This document shows, piece after piece, positions 1 through 10,729 of a stretch of 20,000 nucleotides of DNA. The DNA comes from Chiloscyllium plagiosum (Eukaryota): assembly GCF_004010195.1 (NCBI RefSeq), contig NC_057728.1, positions 44,622,427-44,642,426 on the forward strand. Reading direction: 5' to 3'. A model generated the notes under the pieces. That model made no database searches. It saw nothing but the letters and a program-made list of their open reading frames with translations, and had not been told where the DNA came from. Position 1 is the first letter of the stretch. The number at the start of each line of letters is the position of its first letter. The position numbers and the translations under genes were made by a program.

Positions 1-1296
1 ATAGTCACCATGGCTTTATGTATGGGAAATCATGTCTCACAAACTTGATTGAGTTTTTTGAAGATCTAACAAAGAGCATTGATGAGGGCAGAGCAGCAGA
101 TGTGATCACTATGGACTTCAGTAAGGCGATCGGCAAGGTTCCCCATGGGAGACTGATTAACAAGGTTAAATCTTATGGAATACAGGGAGAACTTGCCATT
201 TGGATACAGAACTGGCTCAAAGGTAGAAGACAGAGGGTGGTGGTGGAGGGTTGTTTTTCACAATGAAGGCCTGTGACCAGTGGAGTGCCATAAGGATTGG
301 TGCTGGGTCCACTACTTTTCATCATTTATATAAATGATTTGGAGCCAAGCAGAAGAGGTATAGTTAGTAAGTTTGCAGATGATACCAGAATTGGAGGTGT
401 AGTGGACAGCGAAGAAGGTTACCTCAGATTACAACAGGATCTTGATCATATAGGCCAATGAGCTGAGAAGTGCCAGACGAAGTTTAATTTAGATAAATGT
501 GAGGTGCTGCATTTTAGGAAAGCAAATCTTAGCAGGACTTATATACTTAATTGTAAGGTCCTTGGGAGTGTTGCTGAACAAAGAGACCTTGGAGTGCACA
601 TTTATAACTCCTTGAAAATGGTGTCATAGTTAGATAGAATAGTGAAGAAGGTGTTTGGTATGCTTCCCTTTATTGGTCAAAGTATTGAGTACAGGAGTTG
701 GGAGGCCATGTTGTGGCTGTACAGGACATTGATTAGGCCACTGTTGGAATATTGCATGCAATTTTGGTTTCCTTCTTATCGGAAAGATGTTGTGAAACTT
801 GAAAGGGTTCAGAAAATATTTCCAAGGATGTTGCTAGAGTTGGAGGATTTGAGCTATAGGGAGAGTTGACTAGACTAGGGCTGTTTTCCCTGGAGTGTTG
901 GAGGCTGAGGGGTGACTTTATAGAGGTTTATAAATCATGAGGGTCATGGATAGGATAAATAGACAGAAAGACTTTTCCCTGGGGTGGGGGAGTGCAGGAC
1001 TAGAGGGCATAGGTTTAGGGTGAGAGGGGAAGATATAAAAGAGACCTAAGGGGCAATGTTTTCATGCAGGGGGTGGTACGTGTATGGAATGAGCTGCCAG
1101 GGGAAATCGTGGTGGCAAGTACAATTGCAACATTTACAAGGCATCTGAATGGGTATATGAATAGGAAGGGTTTGGAGGGATATGGGCCAGTGCTGGCAGG
1201 TGGGTTTAGATTGTATTAGGATATCTGGTCAGCATGGACGAGATGCACTGAAGGGTCTGTTTCTGTGCTGTACTTCTCTATGACTCTATGACTATG
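1..1296 (+). mobile_element. CR1-clade (HER1-like) LINE, 3' part: RT pseudogene, 3'UTR and short tandem tail
   Basis: RT motifs HGFMYGKSCLTNLIEFF, MDFSKA.GKVPH, VP*GLVLGP (stop at 291-293), KFADDT (369-386), RPLLEYC.QFW. Ends in ctctatgactctatgactatg at about 1296. Multiple stops and frameshifts; runs off the left edge. Confidence 0.95.
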
Positions 1297-3054
1297 TCAG
1301 GAATAAAAGAATGATGAGGATAAGATTAGGGCCACTCAAGAACAGTGGTGGGAAGTTGTGCATGGAGTTCAAAGAGATTGGAGAAGCACTAAAAGAATAT
1401 TTTTCATTAGTATTCACACAGGAGAAAGACAATGGTGTGAAGGAGAATACTGAGATAGATTAGACTAGAAGGGATTGAGGTTAATAAGGTGGAGGTGTTA
1501 GCAATTCTGGAAAGTGTATAAATAGATAAATTACCTTGGCCGGATCGGATTTATCCTAGGATTCTCTGGGAAGCTAGGGAGGAGATTGCAGAGAATTTGG
1601 CTTTGATCTTTATGTCAACATTGTTTACAAGAATAATGCCAGAAGACTGGAGGATCGTAAATGTTGTCCCCTTGTTCAAGAAAGGTAGTAGAGACAACCC
1701 TGGTAATTGTAGACCAGTGAGCCTTACTTTGGTTGTGGACAAAGTTTTGGAAATGATTATAATAGATACGATTTATAATCATTTAGAAAGGAATAATTTG
1801 ACTAGGGATAGTCAACACAAGTTTGTGAAGGGTAGGTTTTGCCACACAAACATTGTTGAGTTCTTTGAGAAGGTGACCAAAAAAGTGAATGAAGGTAAAG
1901 CAGTTAATGTGGTGTACATGTATTTTAGTAAAGCATCTGGTAAGGTTCCCCACAGTAGGCTATTGCAGAAAATATGGAGCATGGGATTGTGTGTGATTTA
2001 GCCATTTGGATCAGACATTGGCTAGCTGTAAGAACACAGAGGGTGGTGATTAATGGGAAATGTTCATCTTGGAGTTCAGTTACTAGTGGTGTACCGCAAG
2101 GATCTGTTTTGGGGCCACTCCTGTTTGTCACTTTTATAAATGGTCTGGATGTGGGCATAGAAGGAAGGGTTAGTAAATTTGCAAATGACACTAAAGTCGA
2201 TGGAATTGTGGACAGTGCAGAAGGATATTGTAGGTTAAGAGGGACATAGATAAGCTGCAAAGCTGGGCTAAGAGGTGGCAAATGGAGTTTAACATGAAAA
2301 AGTGTGAGGTGATTCACTTTGGAAGGAGTAACAGGAATACAAAGTATTTAACTAATGGTAAGATTCTTGGTAGCGTGGATGAACAAAGTGAATTCGGTGT
2401 CCATGTGCGTAGATCCTTGTAAGTTGCCACCGAGGTTGATAGGGTTGTTAAGAAGGCAGTGTGTTAGCTTTTATTGGTGGAAAGATTGAGTTTTGGAGTC
2501 ATGAGGTCATGTTGCAGCTGTATAAAATTCAAGTGTGACCACACTTGGAGTATTGCATACATTTCTGGTCACCGCATTATAGGAAGGATATGGAAGCATT
2601 CGAAAGGGTACAGAGATTTACCAGGATGCTGTCTGGTATGGAGGGAAGGTCTAATGAGGAAAGGCTGAGGGACTTGAGGTTGTTTTCATTACAGAGGTGA
2701 AGGTTAAGAGGTGACCTAATAGAGGCATACAAAATGATCAGAGGATTAAATAGGGTGGACAGTGAGAGGCTTTTTCCTCGGATGGTGATGGCTAGCACGA
2801 GGGGACATAACTTTAAATTGAGGGCTGATAGATATAGGTCAGAAGTTGGTTCTTTACTCAGAGAGTAGTAAAAGCATGGAATACCCTGCCTGCAACAGTA
2901 GTGGACTCGCCAACATTATGGGCATTTAAATGGTCATTGGCGAAACATATGAATGATTTTGAAATGGTGTCGGTTAAATGGGTCTTAGATTGGTTTCTAA
3001 GGTCGGCGCAACATCGAGGGCCAAAGGGCCTGTAAGGTTCTGTGTTCTATGTTC
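1297..3054 (+). mobile_element. CR1-clade LINE, 5'-truncated and frameshifted (tether, RT, 3'UTR)
   Basis: PEDWRIVNVVPLFKKGSRDNPGNCRPVSLT, VPQGSVLGPLLFVTFIN, KFANDT (catalytic D changed to N). Tail gttctgtgttctatgttc at about 3054. Confidence 0.95.
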
Positions 3055-4400
3055 ACCTGTCTGCCATTTGGAACCTTTATAAAAGCCTTGCTAAGGCTTA
3101 TTTAGTCTGCATTAAACTTGCTAGCTTAATTGACACTCCTTGTTACTGCTTCTAAAAAATTCAGTTGTCAGTCACAGCCAACCCTCTCTTAATAAATCCA
3201 TGTTGATTGTCACTGATAGTTTTGTGTCTTTCTAAAAAATGATGTATTCTGTCTCTCAGAGATCTTTCCAAATGCTTGCTTACCACGAAGGTTCAGCTGA
3301 CTGGACAATAATTGCTTGTTCTGTCCCTGCATCTTTCCCTTTTAACACAATCCCTTTTTACACCTGGTCTGACCTACATGAGATTTCAGATCCACATCAC
3401 TGTGGTTGACTCTCAACTGCCCTCTGAAATGGCCACTTACTTCAGCGTCAGCTGGAGTCTGGCAATAAATGCTGGCCAGCCAGCAACACCCACGAGTGAA
3501 TATTATAAAAAAACACAATGGTTCATTTTTTGCTGTTCTCCAGTCCAATGGCATCATGGTGTATTCAGAAAATTATTGTTGGAACTTTTACTTTTTCCTC
3601 CTTTGGTTCATTTACCAATTTGGAATACATTCCTCCTGAGTCCTCCAATTTATCTGCATTCACATGTATGAATCCCTCATATTTCCTCTCTCACCATGTT
3701 TACTTGATTGGATATTCTCGAAACCCTTTCTTAACTATGCTGTTTCTTTGTGAAGACAGAAGAAAAACTCATTAATACCCTTAGCAAAATCAATTTCCTC
3801 TGCACACAAGTATCTTTTTTGGTGTCCAATAGCTTACACTTTCCTTGGTTATAACTTTGCCCTTAATTTAGTGTACTTATTAAACATCTTTGGTTTTTCT
3901 TCGAATACACTTGTTAACATTTTTTCTTGATCGCTGTGATGATCATTTAATTGTAATACTGTATATTTTCAAAAGTAGGTTTATTGACTTTTTAAACAGT
4001 AGGTACAGCATATAAAAATGACGTCAGGAGCCATTCCCTGTTGATTCGTTGCCAGCCAAAGGCAGACAGATTGGTAAGTTACCTCAGCATCAATCACAGA
4101 GAGAACCATTCTGAATTCAATTAACTTTTAAACAACACAATGGTCCTTTTTAAAAGATGCAACCATTCACTAATACCTGAACATATTTGTTCTGATCCGT
4201 CTCTATCTCCTCCTTCAATTCCTTTGAGTAACTGTTACCAATCAACTTTTGTCAAATCAAAACTCATCTTGACAAAAACACCCAAGACAGGCCTTGGTCA
4301 ATTCATGGAGTGCCATAATTATACTATATTTAAGTAAATCATGATTCACCATTTAAGTAAGGCCCTCCTAAAACATATTTCCATCTGCTTTTCTGACAAG
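3055..4400 (-). mobile_element. Old, degenerate CR1 LINE fragment (end of endonuclease, tether, N-terminal RT), interrupted by a SINE at 3352-3511
   Basis: Reverse complement of 3055-3350 reads as degenerate NYCPVS.T.VV.K.LE...RDRIHHFLE.H..ISDNQHGFIK. MMPLDWRTAK lies at about 3528-3557, with tether-like sequence to about 3935. The extension to about 4400 (KVDW.QLL-like and SDH-like remnants) is less certain. Confidence 0.75.
3352..3511 (+). mobile_element. 5'-truncated SINE 3' portion (MetaSINE-like, from recall) with A-tail and 8-bp TSD
   Basis: TSD aacacaat at 3344-3351 and 3512-3519. Body cctggtctgacctacatgagatttcagatccac...tgtggttgactctcaactgccctctgaaatggcc and tail ggcaataaatgctggccagccagc...aaaaa resemble a widespread fish/shark SINE. 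The family name is from memory. Confidence 0.75.
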
Positions 4401-4422
4401 ATTCAGGTGAGTTTTCATAAGA

Positions 4423-5690
4423 TTTTATGGTCCCAGATAGGATTCTCTAAATTACCAAATTACCAGATAAGCAGGAACGAATCAGTTCCTCATCTTTATT
4501 CATCCCTTAGATGGTTAATTTTACAAAGAATGTTTTTCTTTGTATTTGTCTTTCTCACAGACAAATTAATTTATGTTTTAAAATGAGCCATTTTAATCAG
4601 GCTTTTGTGAATGAATAGTAATTACTAACAAGTGAGTTTATTAATCACGAAACACAAGAAAAACTAATAATGCAACATACACATATAATGGAATTGAGAA
4701 ATGAATCTCAATCTCCAAGTCATTTGTGAAGAATAGAGAGTGAAGCACCGATTGTCAAGTAGTCAACGTTTAGATTCTTGGCTTTGCAATTTGACTGAAA
4801 TTCTTTTGTCCGACTTCCTTGTGGCTAGCTTACTGGCTAGCTGGCGTGTAGCTCTTCGAGTTTTATAGTGACTAGTGGGTGGTTCTTCAACTGTACCCTT
4901 CACAGTATATTAGTGTTCAAACTGAGGCTAGAACACACAACTACCTCAGCCCTCTGGCTTGTATGAGTACCTCAATTCCCTAACACATATTTTTTCATTA
5001 ATGCATTCAGACCAGGATTGATCGAGCTTTTAATCTATGCTCTTGTGTATTTTTGCAAGAAGCTAAACTACTGTTTCTTCTCCCATCATGAGCACAGTTT
5101 AAGATAATACTTGGGAGATTAAAGTTCTGTTTGAAATGGATTCCCCCGCTATCCCTTTGAAGCTTCCTTGACAGCTCATCAGACATGACATTCCAGGGTC
5201 TCTTTCTCCAAATAGTCATTGAATTTATATTCACAGTCATAGAATCTCCACATTGTGGAAGCAGGCCTTTGAGTACTCACAGACCCCTCCGAAGTGCAGT
5301 CCATGCAGACACATTCCCCTACCCTATCCTTGTAATCCTGCATTTCCCATGGCTAATCCACCTTGTCTACACATCCCTGGACACAATGGACTATTTAGCA
5401 TTGCCAATCCACTTAACCTGCATATCTTTGGACTGAAGGAGGAAACCAGAGCACCCAGAGGAAACCCACACAGACATGGAGAGAATTTGCAAACTCCACA
5501 CAGACAGTCGTTCGAGGGTGGAATCAAACCCGGGTCCCTGGCACTGTGGGGCAGTAATGCTAACCACTGAGCCTCTGTGCTTTCATTTGTTTGTCTGTAG
5601 CAGCTCTCTTTTTCAAAGAAAAACCCGTTGAAATTAGAAGTTTGATATGTCTGTTGATGATCCAGGAATATGATCCATGATCATGATACA
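4423..5690. mobile_element. Possible degenerate solo LTR-like element hosting the HE1 SINE
   Basis: Starts tTTATGGTCCCAG, similar to the TGTTATGGACCAG start at 7688. Minus-strand AATAAA at about 4637-4642; possible end ...catgataca. Termini are imperfect and no TSD is seen. Confidence 0.25.
5231..5581 (-). mobile_element. HE1-type tRNA-derived V-SINE
   Basis: Minus strand has A box AGGCTCAGTGG (5564-5574), B box GGTTTGATTCC (5520-5530), V-domain ctgtgtggagtttgca...tctccatgtctgtgtgggtttcctctgggtgctctggtttcctcc and a CR1-like tail ...gattctatgact. Homologous to 12416-12730. Confidence 0.92.
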
Positions 5691-5949
5691 GCTCAGCTTC
5701 ATTCCTTCAAACTATGTTCAGAATTGCCCCTTATATACTGCCATGTTCTGGCTAAAGCAATCTTTTCCTGGATGCTATTTAAGAATTCTGTGCGCAATAC
5801 GTTTTATTTTGATTTGTCCAAGTTCACATTAGAATTGTTAAAATTTTCTATTGAAGTTGCCCTATTGCTTGTTACCTCTCAGCAATGTGCCTACAAATTT
5901 TTCTGCTTTCACTTTCTGTGATAGCTTTCTGAGACTGTTTTCTTTTGGA

Positions 5950-6373
5950 ATAGTGAGATTGCCTTATGAAGAGAGATTGAGGCAACTGGTTCCATATTCC
6001 CTAGAGTTCACAAAATGAGGGATGACCTCATTGCAATTTAAAAACAAAAACCCTCACAGGACATGTCAGGTGGATGTATTGCACATGTTTGCCAGCTGCA
6101 AAACCCAGTGAACCTAACCTGAGGGTAAGGGATAATCATTAAAGACTGAGATGTAGAGGAATTTCTTCTCTCAGTGAGTGTGTGAAACTTTGGAATTCTG
6201 TATACCAAAGGGCTCAATCATTAGGTATGTTCAAGACAGAAATCGATATATTTCTGGAGGCTAAGGTCATTAAGGGAAGGAGAGAGAGTGCAAGGAAGCA
6301 GCATTGAGGTGGATGATCAATCAAAATCTAATCAAATGGCAGATCAGGTCCAAAGGCTGAATGTTCTAGTTCT
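5950..6373 (+). mobile_element. Degenerate CR1 LINE 3' end
   Basis: YEERLR.L..YSLE-like segment, aagactgagatg..gaggaatttcttctctcag, tggaattctg and a 3'UTR matching other copies in the window (e.g. 17860-18300). Confidence 0.8.
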
Positions 6374-7687
6374 GTTGATAACTTTGAGAACATAACAAAC
6401 AGGGATGAACAAAAAAGAAGCTGTAACTTTGGTGCATTTGGATTTCGAAAAGACAGTCAATAAACGTAAAGTCGCCACAGTCCTACTGGACCATAGGACT
6501 GCTCCCCAATTAAAGAAGAGAGAGAGAACTAGTGGTGCCTTTACTTGATGGTCACCATACCTCATACAAACACAACCCTAAATGCAACCTCAGTGAGTAC
6601 AGGAATTGAACCCACAATATTGGTGTCACTCTACATCACAAGGAAGCCATGCAGCCAACTAAGATAACCAATTCCCCACAGTCAACAAGGTGTCACAGGA
6701 AAGCTTACAACAAAAGAACTGATGGTCTTAGAATAACTATATTTGCATGGATAGATGGTATAATGTAGCTAGTAGAATACCATAGAAATCAATTCTGGGG
6801 TCTCAACTATTTGAAAATCATTATAAAGACTTAGATGAAGGGACTGAGTGCATTGTGGAAGTACAAAGATACATCAGAAAGACTTCTGAAGAAGACACGA
6901 AGAATTGCATTAGATTGCAGCCAGATTATGTCTGCGGGAAAAAAAAGGCAGATATCGTATAAGATGGCAAAATGCAAGGTTATCCATTTTGGTTGCACCA
7001 ACAGAGAAATATTTAAATAGAGAAAGACTACACAATGATATGGTCTAGAGGATTTAGGTGTCTATATTCACAAATTACTGTAAAATTAGCATGCAGTCCA
7101 GTACGTATTTAGCTGAGCAAATGAAATAAGCCTTTATTGGACCAAGAATGGTATACAAAAGTAATGGAGTCTTACTCCAGTGCATGAGTGAGATCACAAT
7201 TAGAATACTACCACAGTTTTGGTCCCTGTACACTGAAGATAATTTTGAGAAGGCACAGTACATGGATTACTAGGTTGGAGAGGTTGCATTATGGGGAAAG
7301 GTTGAGCAGATTAAGCTTATACTCAAAGGAGTTGGAAGTAAAAGAGGTAACCTTCTTGAAACATACAAAATTCTGAGGGAGCTAGGGGTGAGAGAATGTT
7401 TCCCTTTAAGGGAATCTAGACATAAAAACCCCATAGCTTCAGATTTAGAGGTTTTCCATTTAAGGCAGAGATGAGGAGAAATTTCTTCCTTCAGAGAAAC
7501 ATTTGTCATTGGAATTCTCCACCCCAGAGAGAAGTGGGGCTTGAGTCATTGAATACATCCAAGACTGGGTTTGACAGATTTTTGATCTACAATAGAACTG
7601 AGAGTTTTAAGTATTATAAAGAAAATGGAGTTGAAGCTATAATTAAAAGAGCCATGATATTATTGAATGATGAAACAATTGCAGATG
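6374..7687 (+). mobile_element. Degenerate CR1 LINE (RT to 3'UTR) with a SINE at 6464-6677; its tail probably resumes after the LTR at about 8321-8358
   Basis: LVHLDFEK.V.KV, KCKVIHFG, RSQLEY...FG, LHYGERLSRLSLYS, MRRNFFLQR..CHWNS.P remnants. Confidence 0.8.
6464..6677 (-). mobile_element. tRNA-derived SINE, different from HE1, with TSD
   Basis: TSD acagtcaa(t/c)aa at 6453-6463 and 6678-6688. Minus strand starts GGGGAATTGGTTATCTTAGTTGGCTG (A-box-like), has B box GGTTCAATTCC (6602-6612) and ends ggactgtggcgactttacg. Confidence 0.8.
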
Positions 7688-8320
7688 TGTTATGGACCAG
7701 TCCAAAACATTGTCAAATCTATCAAGGAGTTAGCATAGACCCTAACATTTATCTTATTTAAAGACAAGTGTATGGTGTCATGTTCCAGATATAATATGAT
7801 AGATTACACCACTCACCTTTAAGTGAAACACACTTATTCTTCCCTATGGCTAAAATACAAACAAAAGAAAGAAGAATTTGTATAACTTTAACTCTACTGG
7901 AAAACGTAATGGAATAATAGATTATTTAACTACCAAACAGCATCTGTTCCAATATTATTATATCCCAGAAACACACCCTTGGCAAAAGCAAATTCAGTAA
8001 AATAGATTGTCTCATGTGCAATGTTTCTCCAATCCAGGAAGGAAGAAGATTGAGAGAAAATTCTAGTAGAGGTAGAGGTATAGCAGCTTCCACAGCCAAC
8101 TTCAAAACTCCAACAAGGAATGAAAGCTAAACTAAAATCCTGGTTCTGTGGGAGCCTGAATCTACCCATTCATGCTGCTTCTATTGTTCCAACTTAAAAA
8201 AAAAGGTCTCACAAATTATTTACTTTACTGGCTTGAAAGAGGTAGCTCAACACTTATGGCTCAAAACCTTTCCAAAAAAGAAAGGACAATATGAACCTCT
8301 TAAAACCCCAGTATGGCATA
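7688..8320. mobile_element. Putative solo LTR (about 630 bp) inserted in a CR1 3'UTR
   Basis: Begins TGTTATGGACCAG and ends ...cctcttaaaaccccagtatggcata (degenerate CA end). It interrupts the CR1 3'UTR between gccatgatattattgaatg and ccctgcctccaatg...tgtgtttc. Resembles a shark repeat I recall; no TSD is visible. Confidence 0.55.
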
Positions 8321-9742
8321 CCCTGCCTCCAATGTTTTTTTTAATGCTTTTGTGTTTCTGAAAAAGCTGTTCAACTGTGTTTGTATGATCCATGGACTGA
8401 TATTGGCATGATAACAGATCATTACTTTAGAAAAATCTTCCATGGTTGAATATAAGTAAGGAATAAGTTCATTTTTTTGCTTCTGAGTGGGCCAGTGTTA
8501 TAAATTGTAATCTCATTTTGTCAAGTTGCACTGAGGCCTTGTTAAACTGTGATTTCCCTTGATGTGTGTGGGTGGATGGTGTGGAGGTTGAGGGGGAGGA
8601 GCTGATAGAATGTGAGAGCTGGCAGATGCATTTATTGCCTGCCCTGCATGACAAATACATAAAGAGGCACTGCAAACGAAATGAAACACAATGGAATTTG
8701 CAACTTCCCCTGGACATAAATATTGCTTTTTGCCCTCTTTCAGGCATTTTTCTCATTATTTTAGGGCCAAATAATGCTTAGGGCAAGATTTAAATCTATA
8801 TAAAATTCATTCACTTATGCAGAGTTCAAATTGAATCCTTTGTGCCTGTCAAAGCTAACTATTGTCAAATGCATTGTTCTGTCTACCTAAAACAGCATTA
8901 AAATACAATACAGCAATCTCCTTTCTGAGACATGATGGAATGTTTTACTTCACCATCAAATACTGAATTACATTTGATTTGTTAAAATGCCATTTTTGGT
9001 ATTTTTAAAATCAATGGTCATTAAATATTAGTTCTCATCACTAAATTAAACACGATTAAATGTCTATTTCAATAATACATTAAAATGCCTTATTAACGAA
9101 AAAAACTATCAGTTAAATAAGAATGTTTTTTTAATGTGTCAGCAATACATCACAGTAGTTCTCAAAAAGACAAGAAAGACCATAACACAGATAAATGTCC
9201 AAAGGTTTAAGGGGTTCTGAAACATTTATTTTGGCAGAACAATATACAGCAAACTAAATAATGATTTATAAAGGTTAAGGCTTTCTTCCTCAATTTTGTC
9301 TTTATCGTCATCAAATTTTTGGTAATTCATACTAACAAGTTGCCTTAAGCTTAATAAAGATAAAGCATGCCTTGCTAATATTTCATTCAATGTCAAAACC
9401 TTTTTTCAGCAGTTTCATTGCAGTTAAAAATGGTGTCAAATAAAAAGACTACGTAGATGCATTTTGTGGGTTACCTGGCTATCCTTGGCACCAGAAATAA
9501 AAAGTCTGGAAATAACATTACCATTCTAAGCCATGTGCTGGCAAGCCTGACAAATTGCCTACATTCACATCTTCTGTTTATAATCACATTCCAAACTTTT
9601 GTTGGTTGTGATCGGGGTTACCAAGAGCTCCAGGGAACATCAAGGTTTGCAACATGAGAAGTGTGCATCTGTATCTGGTGGTAACTTGCTGTTGATGCAA
9701 ACCCCAGTAAGCTCTTTATTATCTAGATGGAAGGTCATTGGA

Positions 9743-9845
9743 AAGCAAAATACTGCATATACCGGAGAAACTCAGAAAAAGAAGAATCTCCTGAAGCTTC
9801 TGCCAGATCTAATGAGTTTCTCCAGCACTTTTAGTTTTTATTTCA
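9743..9845. mobile_element. Degenerate fold-back (inverted) Penelope-like terminus
   Basis: Perfect 11-bp inverted repeat ggagaaactca (9764-9774) / tgagtttctcc (9813-9823). Flanking aaaatactgca and ctgccagatct...ctccagca resemble the PLE terminus at 19731-19800. Confidence 0.6.
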
Positions 9846-9894
9846 AAATCAATGTTTGTGGGTAACAGTATTCCCGCAATGAAGGTTGTAATTA

Positions 9895-9984
9895 AGTCAG
9901 AAGTCACACAACACCAGGTTATAGTACAACAGGTTTATTTGAAATCACAGGCTTTTTGGAGTGCTGCTCCTTCATCATGTGAGT
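9895..9984 (-). mobile_element. Penelope-like terminal fragment with decayed hammerhead
   Basis: Reverse complement aligns with 14796-14878 (gatgaaggagcagcact..., actataacct.gtgttgtg). HHR core is mutated: aTGATGA for CTGATGA and AAAAA for GAAA. Confidence 0.8.
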
Positions 9985-10306
9985 CCACATCAAGGTTGAA
10001 ACTGCAATTTTAAGTGCTATGAAATGCTAATTAATATTGTAATGTTCAGGGTTGGGGGAAATGAATGGCACCCTACTGTTTCCTGTTCCTCATTTGACTG
10101 CAATGAGTTCTTTTAATTTCAAACAGGTTACAGTTTAATGAATACTTATCTGTTTATACATTATAATCATATAACCAATTGTCAGTTTTTCTTCTTTATT
10201 GTCAGGTTTTCTCAAGCTTTACAATAAAATATGTTAGCTTTATTATATCTAAACTGATGCAAGTAAAATAAGTAATAAATACACTGACATTTAGCCACTC
10301 GATTTC

Positions 10307-10331
10307 CACATACACACACACACATATATAT
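10307..10331. repeat. Short compound (CA)n(TA)n microsatellite
   Basis: cacatacacacacacacatatatat. Confidence 0.7.
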
Positions 10332-10729
10332 GGCTATTGGCACTTGAAACAGATTACAGAGTGGCAAAGGATAGGTTGGTTAAATTAGAGTCCATAAAAA
10401 GCTAAATTAATATATACTTTTGCAGTTTAGTGACTTAGCCGGTGTCAGGCTACATTTGGTTTTCCTGCAGTTTTCCACTGTGATCCTGACGCTTTTGATT
10501 TAAAGATGTGGATTCTTGATTTGATGGCTCTTCTAGATTCAATAGTGCTAGGTTGAATTTTTTTCAGATGACTTTGCCCACAACAGGTGTCTACCTGGAT
10601 AGTCACAGTTGGTAGAGTTAGCGAACAAGCTGGGTTGGTGAGAGAGGGTAGCAAGAGGGATAAAATCTGGATATTTTCTCTCAGATGCTTGTTCTCAAAT
10701 TCTACAGCAAAAACAGGTATTATAACAGG

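Noticed and set aside
1597..2249. ORFs of 134 aa and 91 aa with RT motifs as a functional reverse transcriptase gene
   Set aside because: Frameshifted pieces of a 5'-truncated CR1; the catalytic FADD is mutated to FAND and there are downstream stops.
5253..5570. 105-aa ORF, and the similar ORFs at 12529-12764
   Set aside because: Translations of HE1 SINE sequence, not genes.
5500..5581. tRNA gene suggested by A/B boxes (also 6600-6677 and 12660-12730)
   Set aside because: These are SINE heads followed by SINE body and tail; I could not fold a full cloverleaf.
8469..8781. Overlapping 95-aa and 71-aa ORFs in the unique island
   Set aside because: Low-complexity, no recognisable family and no exon boundaries; more likely non-coding.
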